NCBI GenBank assembly: GCA_002269645.1
Contig: NIVC01002460.1
Location: 108,161 to 172,160, forward strand
DNA length: 64,000 nt
DNA from: Macrostomum lignano
Taxonomy: Eukaryota
Direction: 5' to 3'
A program made the position numbers and the translations under genes. The notes under the pieces were generated by a model. The model was given only the letters and a program-made list of their open reading frames with translations, was not told the DNA's origin and made no database searches. The stretch's first letter is position 1. Every line of letters begins with the position of its first letter. Shown here one piece after another: positions 11,661 through 24,400 of this stretch.

Positions 11661-13057
11661 TTTAAGTTGGCTCATAAGTTTACGATTTGTTAAGCAGAAT
11701 AGTTTTTATAGTCCGTGATTATGTGGTTAGCTCTGAAGCCACAGTATTGTTGAAGTTCTGCGTCTAGTTTTTAGTCACTGGTTGTTTTAGTGTGTTTTAA
11801 GAGTTATGGAAGCTGAATGATATTGAGGTCGGTGTAGACAATATCAAATTTCAAGAGTAGCGGTTTTTTGTTTTCGTATTTATTCGGTCCGTTGTTAAAT
11901 TCCCCCCCTTCGTGTTGTGCTCTTTGTAACACCTCTTAACTCTTATATAAATCCTTATTTATATTCATAATTCAACTTTTAACTGTCGTCATTAGGCACA
12001 CATGCTAGGACCCTCTGTGTACTCTTGAGTTGTTTTGGTTTGAGTAGCTAACGAGAGTCGGTTGGTTTGTGAATTTAAGATTGCTACAATAAATTCAAGG
12101 TTAAATTGACGCGTTCTTTTGTTAATCTGTGATAAAAAAGGGTTTGTTAATGCTTTTGTACTACTGTTTCAATATGCAATCTGTATAGTAAGAAAACTCC
12201 TAATAAAGGCTATAATTGTTCTTTCAATTTTATTCGGAAACTTCATTGTCTGTGCAAATATTAATAATATTTCGCAATTTGTCAATTTTGTTATAACTGT
12301 TCATAGAGAACAGTGTAGATTTTGTGTTTGCTGAAAAATCAATTTATAAATAATTTTATTACTTGATATTCAGCTAGAAGCCCAAGTCTAAATTACAGAA
12401 GCCTTTCAATTTATTAAATTTAATACAGAGCTGCTGAATCACAGGCCATCATAGTCATAATCTGAATTCTCGATTACAATTTCCATTGTATACTTTTTGC
12501 TCCTTTAAGATTATCTTGCTAACTGCCTAGAATTAGCTAACATCTGTTCTGTTTGACACAATTAGAAATCATTGTTACAATTTATTTATCAAATTTTGCT
12601 ACTTACAGGCGCTTTCAGAGTCAGTTTTTTTATATAGTTTTCTGTGTTTATATAGTGATAATTTACTAAACGAGTTGACCAAGTTTAACTGATTATAATA
12701 ATTTATGCTAATTAATTTGATTAATGTTAACAGTATTATTAACTACTAAAGTCTATATCAGCTGATTGTGTAATTAAATCTCATAGTTTCCGCAGTAATT
12801 AAGTTACTTTATTAAGAACGCGTCGGGAAAACAAAATATTATTTCCTATTAAAATCTTAACGGTTGACTGGTCTGATTGTGTGACTTGACTCTTCTCTGT
12901 TAATCTCTCTTTTATTAATCCTGCTCTTATTAGCGTGTGTTGTCCTGTAGCCTCTTAATTCGTCTTTAAACTCTGTTTTGCCTGAACTTTATCACTGTTA
13001 TTTTTGGCTATTTTTTTCGAGACATCGCTGCGTTGAAGAGTGAGAGTCTTACTCTTA

Positions 13058-14395
13058 AAATTGGCCCTGAACCATCATGAGAATTGGCCCTAAACCATCA
13101 TGAGAATTGGCCCTGAACCATCATGAGAATTGGCCCTGAACCATCATGAGAATTGGCCCTGAACCATAATGAAAATTGGCCCTGAACCGTCATGAGAATT
13201 GGCCCTGAACCATCATAAGAATTGGCCCTGAACCATCATGAGAATTGGCCCTGAACCATCATGAGAATTGGCCCTGAACCATCATGAGAATTGGCCCTGA
13301 ACCATCATGAGAATTGGCCCTGAACCATAATGAAAATTGGCCCTGAACCGTCATGAGAATTGGCCCTGAACCATCATAAGAATTGGCCCTGAACCATCAT
13401 GAGAATTGGCCCTGAACCATCATGAGAATTGGCCCTGAACCATCATGAGAATTGGCCCTGAACCATCATGAGAATTGGCCCTGAACCATAATGAAAATTG
13501 GCCCTGAACCGTCATGAGAATTGGCCCTGAACCATAATGAAAATTGGCCCTGAACCGTCATGAGAATTGGCCCTGAACCATAATGAGAATTGGCCCTGAA
13601 CCATCATGAGAATTGGCCCTGAACCATCATGAGAATTGGCCCTGAACCATCATAAGAATTGGCCCTGAACCATCGTGAGAATTGGCCCTGAACCATCATG
13701 AGAATTGGCCCTGAACCATCATAAGAATTGGCCCTGAACCATCATGAGAATTGGCCCTGAACCATCATGAGAATTGGCCCTGAACCATCATGAGAATTAG
13801 CCCTGAACCATAATGAAAATTGGCCCTGAACCGTCATGAGAATTGGCCCTGAACCATCATGAGAATTGGCCCTGAACTGTCATGAGAATTGGCCCTGAAC
13901 CGTCATGAGAATTGGCCCTGAACTGTCATGAGAATTGGCCCTGAACCGTCATGAGAATTGGCCCTGAACCGTCATGAGAATTGGCCCTGAACCATCATGA
14001 GAATTGGCCCTGAACCATCATGAGGCTAGAATTGGCCCTGAACCATCATAAGAATTGGCCCTGAACCATCATGAGAATTGGCCCTGAACCATCATGAGAA
14101 TTGGCCCTGAACCATCATGAGAATTGGCCCTGAACCATCATGAGAATTAGCCCTGAACCATAATGAAAATTGGCCCTGAACCATCATGAGAATTGGCCCT
14201 GAACCAAAATGAAAATTGGCCCTGAACCGTCATGAGAATTGGCCCTGAACTGTCATGAGAATTGGCCCTGAACCGTCATGAGAATTGGCCCTGAACCATC
14301 ATGAGAATTGGCCCTGAACCATCATGAGAATTGGCCCTGAACCATCATGAGAATTGGCCCTGAACCATCATGAGAATTGGCTCTGAACCATCCTG
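13058..14395. repeat. 23-bp minisatellite CATCATGAGAATTGGCCCTGAAC (~58x)
   Basis: Tandem periodicity read directly. Confidence 0.97.
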
Positions 14396-14917
14396 ATAAT
14401 GGTAGGAAAGTGTGCAGTAAGACTAGCAAATTTTAGCAGTGTTGTCATGCTCATTTTTTTAATTTCGAGACTTGAATATAAGTTATTCAATTTGTTTGTT
14501 CAGTACATTTTTTTCTCTTGTAAATTTAGCCTCATTAGCTGGTCTTTGCCAATTTGAGTTTTTTATTCTTAAAAGTACTTTTTAGTGCTTTTTTAGACAA
14601 AGAATTTTCTGCTCCTTTGTGCGCTGTTGAAAGATTGTGTTAAGATGAGTGTTTTCTGTAATACAGCCCTCGGTTCATTTGGTAGTTTTCTATTAGAACT
14701 AAAAAATTTTGTGTGCACTGACTAATAAAGTTATCCAGATAGAATAAATTTTTTGCTTGTCTATTATTTAACTTGTTTATCTTTGCCACAAGTTAACCCT
14801 TTGTAATCTAAAAATAAACATTTTTAGTAGCTCAGCCAATTTAATATATTTAAAAAGCCGCTCTGTTGATTTCTTTATAACTTTTTTTAAGTTTCAAAGT
14901 TTTTAATAATTTAATAA

Positions 14918-15993
14918 TGGGAGAGTGGGTCAGTGGAGAGTGGGTCAGTGAGGGAGAGTGGGTCAGTGAGGGAGAGTGGGTCAGTGAGGGAGAGTGGGTC
15001 AGTGAGGGAGAGTGGGTCAGTGAGGGAGAGTGGGACAGTGAGGGAGAGTGGGTCAGTGAGGGAGAGTGGGTCAGTGAGGGAGAGTGGGTCAGTGAGGGAG
15101 AGTGGGTCAGTGAGGGAGAGTGGGTCAGGGAGGGAGAGTGGGTCAGTGAGGGAGAGTGGGTCAGTGAGGGAGAGTGGGACAGTGAGGGAGAGTGGGTCAG
15201 TGAGGGAGAGTGGGTCAGTGAGGGAGAGTGGGTCAGGGAGGGAGAGTGGGTCAGTGAGGGAGAGTGGGTCAGTGAGGGAGAGTGGGACAGTGAGGGAGAG
15301 TGGGTCAGTGAGGGAGAGTGGGACAGTGAGGGAGAGTGGGTCAGTGAGGGAGAGTGGGTCAGTGAGGGAGAGTGGGTCAGTGAGGGAGAGTGGGTCAGTG
15401 AGGGAGAGTGGGTCAGTGAGGGAGAGTGGGACAGTGAGGGAGAGTAGAACAGGGGGAGAGTGGGTCAGTGAGGGAGAGTGGGTCAGTGAGGGAGAGTGGG
15501 TCAGTGAGGGAGAGTGGGTCAGTGAGGGAGAGTGGGTCAGTGAGGGAGAGTGGGTCAGTGAGGGAGAGTGGGTCAGGGAGGGAGAGTGGGTCAGTGAAGG
15601 AGAGTGGGTCAGTGAGGGAGAGTGGGTCAGGGAGGGAGAGTGGGTCAGTGAGGGAGAGTGGGACAGTGAGGGAGAGTAGAACAGGGGGAGAGTGGGTCAG
15701 TGAGGGAGAGTGGGTCAGTGAGGGAGAGTGGGTCAGTGAGGGAGAGTGGGACAGTGAGGGAGAGTAGAACAGGGGGAGAGTGGGTCAGTGAGGGAGAGTG
15801 GGTCAGTGAGGGAGAGTGGGTCAGTGAGGGAGAGTGGGACAGTGAGGGAGAGTGGGACAGTGAGGGAGAGTGGGACAGTGAGGGAGAGTGGGACAGTGAG
15901 GGAGAGTGGGTCAGTGAGGGAGAGTGGGACAGTGAGGGAGAGTAGGACAGGGGGAGAGTAGGAGAGGGGGAGAGTGGGACAGTGAGGGAGAGT
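14918..15993. repeat. 18-bp purine-rich minisatellite GAGAGTGGGTCAGTGAGG
   Basis: Tandem periodicity; source of the EWVSEG/RESGSV ORFs. Confidence 0.97.
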
Positions 15994-16231
15994 GATGCTG
16001 ATATCTGTTATCTCACCGTGCTCAAATGCCCACCGCTTTCCATGGTTGTGCAGCCAGCAGGCCGCATATGCAGCAAAGCCGCTACTAGTGTCCCAGCTAC
16101 CCGCAGCTGCGCACCACAGTTAGATGACAAGCGCCCAGTCAGCTGACATAGCAGCAGCAGCAGCCGAATCGTCCCTGCCTGTGTCGTCGAATTCTACCGC
16201 AGTCAATCTGGAGAGTGGCCAGCCGCCTGAC

Positions 16232-19200
16232 ATGCAGGTTCGTGCGCCGCTAATAGCTGCTGTTCATTCTCTTGGAGATTAAATTTTTTGCTTGAGTCGT
16301 GCATATAGTAGCGTCTGTTTTACCTTCCTAAAGAATTCACCTAGCTAGTGAGAATCGCCCTCTCTCTCCCTATGAGAATGGTTCTCCCTCCCTATGAGAA
16401 TCGCCCTCTCTACCTATGAGAATCGCCCTCTATCTATGAGAATCGCCCTCTCTATCTATGAGAATCGCCCTCTCTCCCTATGAGAATCGCCCTCTCTACC
16501 TATGAGAATCGCCCTCTCTACCTATTAGAATCGCCCTCTCTCTACCTATGAGAATCGCCCCCCTCTCTCCCAATGAGAATCGCCCTCTCTCTCCCTATGA
16601 GAATTGCCCTCTCTCTCCCTATGAGAATCGCCCTTTCTACCTATAAGAATCGCTCTCTCTACCTATGAGAATCGCCCTCTCTCTCCCTATAAGAATCGCC
16701 CTCTCTACCTATTGGGTTCCCATCTCTCCCTATGAGAATCGCCCTCTCTTCCTATGAGAATCGCCCTCTCTACCTATGAGAATCGCCCTCTCTCCCTATG
16801 AGAATCGCCCTCTTTACCTATGAGAATCACCCTCTCTACCTATGAGAATCGCCCTCTCTATCTATGAGAATCGCCCTCTCTATCTATGAGAATCGCCCTC
16901 TCTCCCTATGAGAATCGCCCTCTATCTATGAGAATCGCCCTCTCTATCTATGAGAATCGCCCTCTCTCCCTATGAGAATCGCCCTCTCTACCTATGAGAA
17001 TCGCCCTCTCTACCTATGAGAATCGCCCTCTCTACCTATGAGAATCGCCCTCTCTCCTTATGAGAATCGCCCTCTCTACCTATGAGAATCACCCTCTCTA
17101 CCTATGAGAATCGCCCTCTCTATCTATGAGAATCGCCCTCTCTCCCTATGAGAATCGCCCTCTCTACCTATGAGAATCGCCCTCTATCTATGAGAATCGC
17201 CCTCTCTATCTATGAGAATCGCCCTCTCTCCCTATGAGAATCGCCCTCTCTACCTATGAGAATCGCCCTCTCTATCTATGAGAATCGCCCTTTCTACCTA
17301 TAAGAATCGCCCTCTCTCTCCCTATGAGAATCTCCTCTCTCCCAATGAGAATCGCCCTCTCTACCTATGAGAATCGCCCTCTCTACCTATGAGAATCGCC
17401 CTCTCTTTCTATGAGAATCGCCTTTTCTACCTATAAGAATCGCCCTCTCTCTCCCTATGAGAATCTCCTCTCTCCCAATGAGAATCGCCCTCTCTACCTA
17501 TGAGAATCGCCCTCTCCCGATAGAGTTTAAGTTGCTGCCGCCGCATTCATTTGCTCAGGTGTACAGCCTGAAAGCGCCGCAGGCGGCAGTCCGCGGCGTA
17601 GACGAAGTGGCTGGCAGCCTGCGCACCAGCCTGCGCGACGGTCTGTCCCAGGCCGAAGCCGACGTCCGCCTTCGCCGCTTCGGCCCGAACGAGATCGAAT
17701 CGCCGCCAGACGATCCGCTTTGGCAGAAATATTTGGAACAGTTCAAGGATCCGATGATTCTGTTGTTGCTATGCTCGGCGGTTATTAGTCTGCTCATGCG
17801 GCAGTTTGATGACGCTGTCAGCATCTCTTTGGCTATCGTTATTGTTGTCACTGTTGCCTTTATTCAAGAATACAGGTAAGACTAGTATGCTCAGACATCA
17901 AGTGTGCTCAGACATCAAGTGTGCTCAGATATCCAGTGTGCTCAGAATCCCGTGTGCTCAGTTTCAGATATCCAGTGTGCTCAGAATCCCGTGTGCTCAG
18001 CTTCAGATATCCAGTGTGCTCAAATATTCAGTGTGCTCAGATATCCAGCTAGTGTGCTCAGATATCCAGTGTGCTCAGAATCCCGTGTGCTCAGCTTCAG
18101 ATATCCAGTGTGCTCAAATATTCAGTGTGCTCAGATATCCAGCTAGTGTGCTCAGATATCCAGCTAGTGTGCTCAGATATCCAGCTAGTGTGCTCAGATA
18201 TCCAGCTAGTGTGCTCAGCCTCAGATATCCAGTTTGCTCAGAATCCCGTGTGCTCAGCTTCAGATATCCAGTGTGCTCAGGATCTCAGAATCTCAGAATT
18301 TTGTGCTCCAGAAATTCCAGATAAAATGTTGTTTCTAAAAATAGACCATGACGTCATCCTTCCTCACCGTGGCACACCAGATCCGAAAAGGCTCTTGGCG
18401 CTCTAAAAAAGCTGGTGCCCTACAAGTGCTACTGTCTCCGGTCGGGTATACTGCAGTTCCTATACGCCCGCGACCTAGTTCCTGGCGACATTGTACACCT
18501 GAACGTCGGCTGTCGGGTTCCGGCCGACCTGCGCGTGTTCGAGTCCACCGATCTGCGCATCGACGAAGCCAGTTTCACCGGCGAGACCGACCCGGTGTTG
18601 AAGTCCGCCACGCAGCTGCACGAGTCAAATGTTAGCACTGGGGGCTCCGTTGTTGGGATGAAGAACTGCGCTTTCACTGGCACCCTTGTCAGGTGAGAGG
18701 TCCTGATTTATTACTCAACTCCAGATTTATGCGTCTCATTATTGCTTGGATTATTGCATAATTTATGACCTAGATTACTGTATGATTTATGACCCAGATT
18801 ATTGTATTATTTATGATCCAGATTATTGTATGATTTATGACCCAGATTATTGTATTATTTATGATCCAGATTATTGTATGATTTATGACCGAGATGACTG
18901 ATTTATGACCGAGATGACTGTATGATTTATGATCCAGATTATTGTATGATTTATGACCCAGATTATTGTATTATTTATGATCCAGATTATTATATGATTT
19001 ATGACCGAGATGACTATGATTTACGACCGAGATGACTGTATGATTTATGATCCAGATTATTGTATGATTTATGACCCAGATTATTGTATGATTTATGACC
19101 CAGATTATTGTATTATTTATGATCCAGATTATTATATTATTTATGACCGAGATGACTGTATGATTTATGATCCAGATTATTGTATGATTTATGACCCATA

Positions 19201-20893
19201 TTATTGTATTATTTATGATCCAGATTATTATATGATTTATGACCGAGATGACTACGATAGATTATTGTATGATATATAATCCATCCAGATTACTGTATGA
19301 TTTATGATACAGATTACTGTATGATTTATGAGCCAGATAGATTACTGTATGATTTATGACCCAGATCATTGTATGATTTATGATCCAAATTACTGTATGA
19401 TTTATGACCCAGATTACTGTATGATTTATGATCCAAATTACTGTGTATGATTTATGATCCAAATTACTGTATGATTTATGACCCAGATTGCTCTATGATT
19501 TATGACCTAGGTTACTGTATAATCAATTACCCACAATAATGTATGATTTATGAGCCCTAATTATTGCATAAATTATGAATTATTATTACATAATGATGAC
19601 CAGGAATTAGTATTATATCTGTAATTAATAACTCACTCTGCCGCAGGTGCGGCACAGGCAAGGGCATAGTGATCTGCACAGGCGAGGAGAGCGCATTCGG
19701 CGACATATTTCGCGCCATGCAAGAAGAAGAGGCGCCAAAAACTCCGCTGCAACGCAATATGGATCGATTAGGCAAGCAGTTGAGCTTCTACAGCCTGTGC
19801 ATCATTGTTGGCATTGTCATTATTGGCCTGCTGCAGCGCCGGCAGATGCTGGAGATGTTTCAGATTGGCGTCAGTCTGGCTGTAGCGGCCATACCCGAGG
19901 GCCTGCCGATTGTGGTGACCGTCACCCTGGCCATCGGGGTCATGCGAATGGCCAAGAGAAACGCTATAGTGAAAAAGTTGCCAGTAGTTGAAACTCTGGG
20001 CTGCGTTAACGTGGTCTGCTCGGATAAGACTGGCACCTTGACTCAGAATGAGATGACTGTGACCAGGCTGATCACCTCCGACGGCCTGGCAGCCACGGTT
20101 AGCGGCGTCGGCTATGCGGCTGCTGGAGACGTGGTTGCCGAGGCTAACGGTGCCAGACTGACTGCCAGCTCCACCGTGGCCTTGCGCTGGCTCTGCCTGA
20201 CCGCCTCCTGCTGCAATAATGCCGAGATTCGGGGCAACGAGCTGCACGGACAGCCCACTGAGGGAGCCTTGGTGGCTCTGGTTAACAAGGTGTGTGCTGT
20301 GTATGTGTGCAGGCTGTGTGTGCTGTCTGTGAGTGCTGTCTGTGTGTGCTGTCTGTGTGTGTGCTGTCTGTGTGTGTGCTGTCTGTGTGAGTGCTGTCTG
20401 TGTGTGTGCTGTCTGTGTGAGTGCTGTCTGTGAGTGCTGTCTGTGAGTGCTGTCTGTGTGTGCTGTCTGTGTGTGTGCTGTCTGCTTGTGCTTTCTGTGA
20501 GTGCTGTCTGTGTGTTTGTGCTGTCTGTGTGTGTGTGCTGTCTGTGTGTGTGTGCTGTCTGTGTGTGTGTGCTGTCTGTGTGTGTGCTGTCTGTGTGAGT
20601 GCTGTCTGTGAGTGCTGTCTGTGAGTGCTGTCTGTGTGAGTGCTGTCTGTGTGTGTGCTGTCTGCTTGTGCTTTCTGTGAGTGCTGTCTGTGTGTGTGTG
20701 CTGTCTGTGTGTGTGTGTGCTGTCTGTGTGTGTGCTGTCTGTGTGTGTGTGCTGTCTGTGTGTGTGTGCTGTCTGTGTGTGTGCTGTCTTTGTGTGCTTG
20801 TGCTTATGCTGTCTGACTGTCTGTCTGTCTATGTCTGTCTGTCTGTGTGTCTGTCTGTCTGTCTGTCTATGTCTGTCTATGTCTGTCTGTCTG

Positions 20894-20926
<33 letters not shown>

Positions 20927-20959
20927 GACTTTCTGTCTGTCTGTCTGTCTGTCTGTCTG

Positions 20960-21008
<49 letters not shown>

Positions 21009-21121
21009 GACTTTCTGTCTGTCTGTCTGTCTGTCTGTCTGACTTTCTGTCTGTCTGTCTGTCTGTCTGTCTGACTTTCTGTCTGTCTGTCTGTCTGTCT
21101 GTCTGACTTTCTGTCTGACTT

Positions 21122-21152
<31 letters not shown>

Positions 21153-21157
21153 GACTT

Positions 21158-21216
<59 letters not shown>

Positions 21217-21221
21217 GACTT

Positions 21222-21272
<51 letters not shown>

Positions 21273-21293
21273 GACTTTCTGTCTGTCTGTATA

Positions 21294-21328
<35 letters not shown>

Positions 21329-21331
21329 GCC

Positions 21332-21366
<35 letters not shown>

Positions 21367-21369
21367 GCC

Positions 21370-21408
<39 letters not shown>

Positions 21409-24400
21409 GTTTGTCTGTCTGTCTGTCTGTCTGTCTGACTGTCTGTCGCTATCTCCACCCTGACTCCACCACCCCATGGCTGTCATTCGCAGCTGAACGC
21501 CGATCGCCTGAAGCAGGACTACAGCCGCATCCAGGAGTGGCCATTCAACTCCGACACCAAGCTGATGACGGTGAAATGCGAAAGAAAATCTTCTGCAGTA
21601 GATAACTCTGCGGTGAGTGAATATCGGGTCAATGTGAATGATGATGAGTATTTGTAAAAGGCGGTGTTTTGAGATTGAAATGTTTTCAATACTCGTATCT
21701 TGTCTAGTAACTAAGCCGACGTATTTTTTGTGTTTTTTTAGCCAAGAAGATTGGTAAGTATCAGAAGCTGCAGTCCCTAGAGTTAGAATTAGAATATCCT
21801 TTGCCCAATCTTCTTAGGGCGTTGATTGTTTGTTTGTCATCTGAAAGTTTATTCGAATCCTTAAAAATTTGTTTAATGATTTTTATTAGACTGATTTTTC
21901 TATTAATCATATTGTGCAAAGTGTCCGATATGAGCAAGTTCTTAACCGACTGCTCAGGACTGATTCTCTGGGTTCGATTCGCAGCCATGAAGGGCGACTC
22001 TCAAGCTCAGAGACTGTACATGCCCGATGATTAGAAAGTCACAAGGAGCCTCTGTACACCTGCGTGAGCGTGTGTGTGAGTGCGTGCCTGCGTACAGTAC
22101 TGGCGCGCAACGGCAACCCACCAGCTAACTAAATGGATCGGGGAGGGGCATCGGCAACCCACCAGCTAACTAAATGGATCGGGGAGGGGCAGCGGCAACC
22201 CACCAGCTAACTAAATGGATCGGGTGGGGGCAGTCCCGGCAGCGGCAACCCACCAGCTAACTAAATGGATCGGGTGGGGGCATCGGCAACCCACCAGCTA
22301 ACTAAATGGATCGGGTGGGGGCATCGGCAACCCACCAGCTAACTAAATGGATCGGGTGGGGGCAGTCCCGGCAGTGGCAACCCACCAGCTAACTAAATGG
22401 ATCGGGTGGGGGCAGTCCCGGCAATGGCAACCCACACCCGGTACACCCTGTGTGAGCGTGTGCACGAGTGCGTGCCTGTGTACAGTATTGGCACGCTTGT
22501 TTGGCAAATGCCATTGGCCTAGCTAAAACCCAAAGGTAAGAATATTTTACATTGATGAAGAGCCAGCATCTCTGCCCCACCACAAAACCACTGGCAGGAC
22601 CTGCCAACAACTGTATTCTTTGTCAAAGGCGCGCCAGACCGACTGGTTCGCGCCTGCACCAGCTACTGGAACGAGCGCGGCCAGCTAGAGTCCATGACCT
22701 CCGGGCAGGAGACCCGGATCAACGACTGGGCTGCCCAGCTGGGGGTGGGCGGCCTCCGCGTGCTGGGACTCGCCTGCGGACCCGACCAGCAGAATCTGAC
22801 CTTCTGCGGCCTAGTTGGATTGCTAGACCCGCCTAGGCCAGGCGTTAAAGACTCGATACGCTTTTTGCAGCAATCTGGCGTGCTAGTTACTATGATAACC
22901 GGCGACGCTATGGAGACCGCTTGCACGATAGCTCGCCAACTGGGCATCTCAGGCGGCACTGGACAGCCAATCAGCGGCGAGCAGCTGGACCAAATGCAGC
23001 CGGACGATCCGCGTATACCGGAGACGCGCATCTTCTATAGGACCAGCCCTAGGCACAAGAACAAAATTGTGCGGGCTTTCCAGGTTGGCCTCTCGCTCTC
23101 TACCCACTCTACCCCGCTCTCTACCCCGCTCTCTACCCACTCTACCCCGCTCTCTACCCAATCTACCCCGCTCTCTACCCACTCTACTCCGCTCTCTACC
23201 CAATCTACCCCGCTGTCTACCCACTCTACCCGCTCTCTACTCACTCTACTCCGCTCTCTACCCACTCTACCCTTCCCTTTATCACTCTACCCCGCTCTAC
23301 CACTCTACTCTGCTCTCTACTCACTCTACCCTACTCTACTCACTGTACCCCGCTCTACGACTCTTCTCCGCTCTCTACCCACTCTACCCCGCTCTCTATT
23401 CACTGTTTTCCACTCTACCCACTCTATCGAATTCTCTACCCACTCTGGCCAACATTCTATTACCTGTTCCGATTTCTACTCACTAATTTACTTTAAAATC
23501 TATTCCCTGCTTATCCTACTGCACTCCCTCACTCTCTACCTACGGCGTACCCTCTATCGCAATCTATCTACTGAAATCCTGCCAAACCACCGCCACAGGC
23601 CGTCGGCAAAGTGGTGGCCATGACAGGCGACGGAGTGAACGACGCCGTAGCCCTGAAAGCCGCCGACATTGGCATCGCCATGGGCATGATGGGCACCGAG
23701 GTGTCCAAGGAGGCGGCCGACATGATCTTAATAGACGATCACTTCCAAACCATCTTGGCCGCGGTCGAGGAGGGCAAAGCAATATTTCACAATATTCGCT
23801 GCTTTATCAGATTTCAATTGTCTACTAGCATAGCCGCTCTGACTCTGGTCACCATGGCAACGGTGTTCAATTTGCCGAGCCCGTTGAATGCGATGCAAAT
23901 CCTGTGGATTAACATCTTGATGGACGGGCCGCCGGCTCAATCGCTCGGCGTTGAACCGCTGGATCCCGATTTGCGAAAGAAGCCGCCAAGGAGGCCCTCC
24001 GACTCCGTGCTGCCCATGGAGCTGCTGCTGGGGGTGCTGCGGTCCGCCCTCATCATTGTGGCCGGCACCCTGTTCGTGTTCCACCGGGAGATGAGCGACA
24101 ATAAGGTGGGCTGCTCCGCCATCACTGATGCCTCTCGGGTCGTCAGAATGGGCCACGGCCAGCCTCCCAGATCCTCAGTTGCTGCTGGGCCAGCCTCCCA
24201 GATCCTCAGTTGCTGGGCCAGCCTCCCAGATCCTCAGCTGCTGGGCCAGCCTCCCAGATCCTCAGTTGCTGGGCCAGCCTCCCAGATCCTCAGTTGCTGG
24301 GCCAGCCTCCCAGATCCTCAGTTGCTGGGCCAGCCTCCCAGATCCTCAGTTGCTGGGCCAGCCTCCCAGATCCTCAGTTGCCGGGCCAGCCTCCCAGATC

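Noticed and set aside
11700-13050. Possible decayed Penelope or other retroelement on the minus strand (LLKFDIVYT)
   Set aside because: One weak motif among many stops, with no second RT or GIY-YIG motif.
13058-14395. CRISPR-like appearance of the regular 23-45-bp arrays
   Set aside because: Units are head-to-tail with no unique spacers, there are no cas genes, and the context is eukaryotic.
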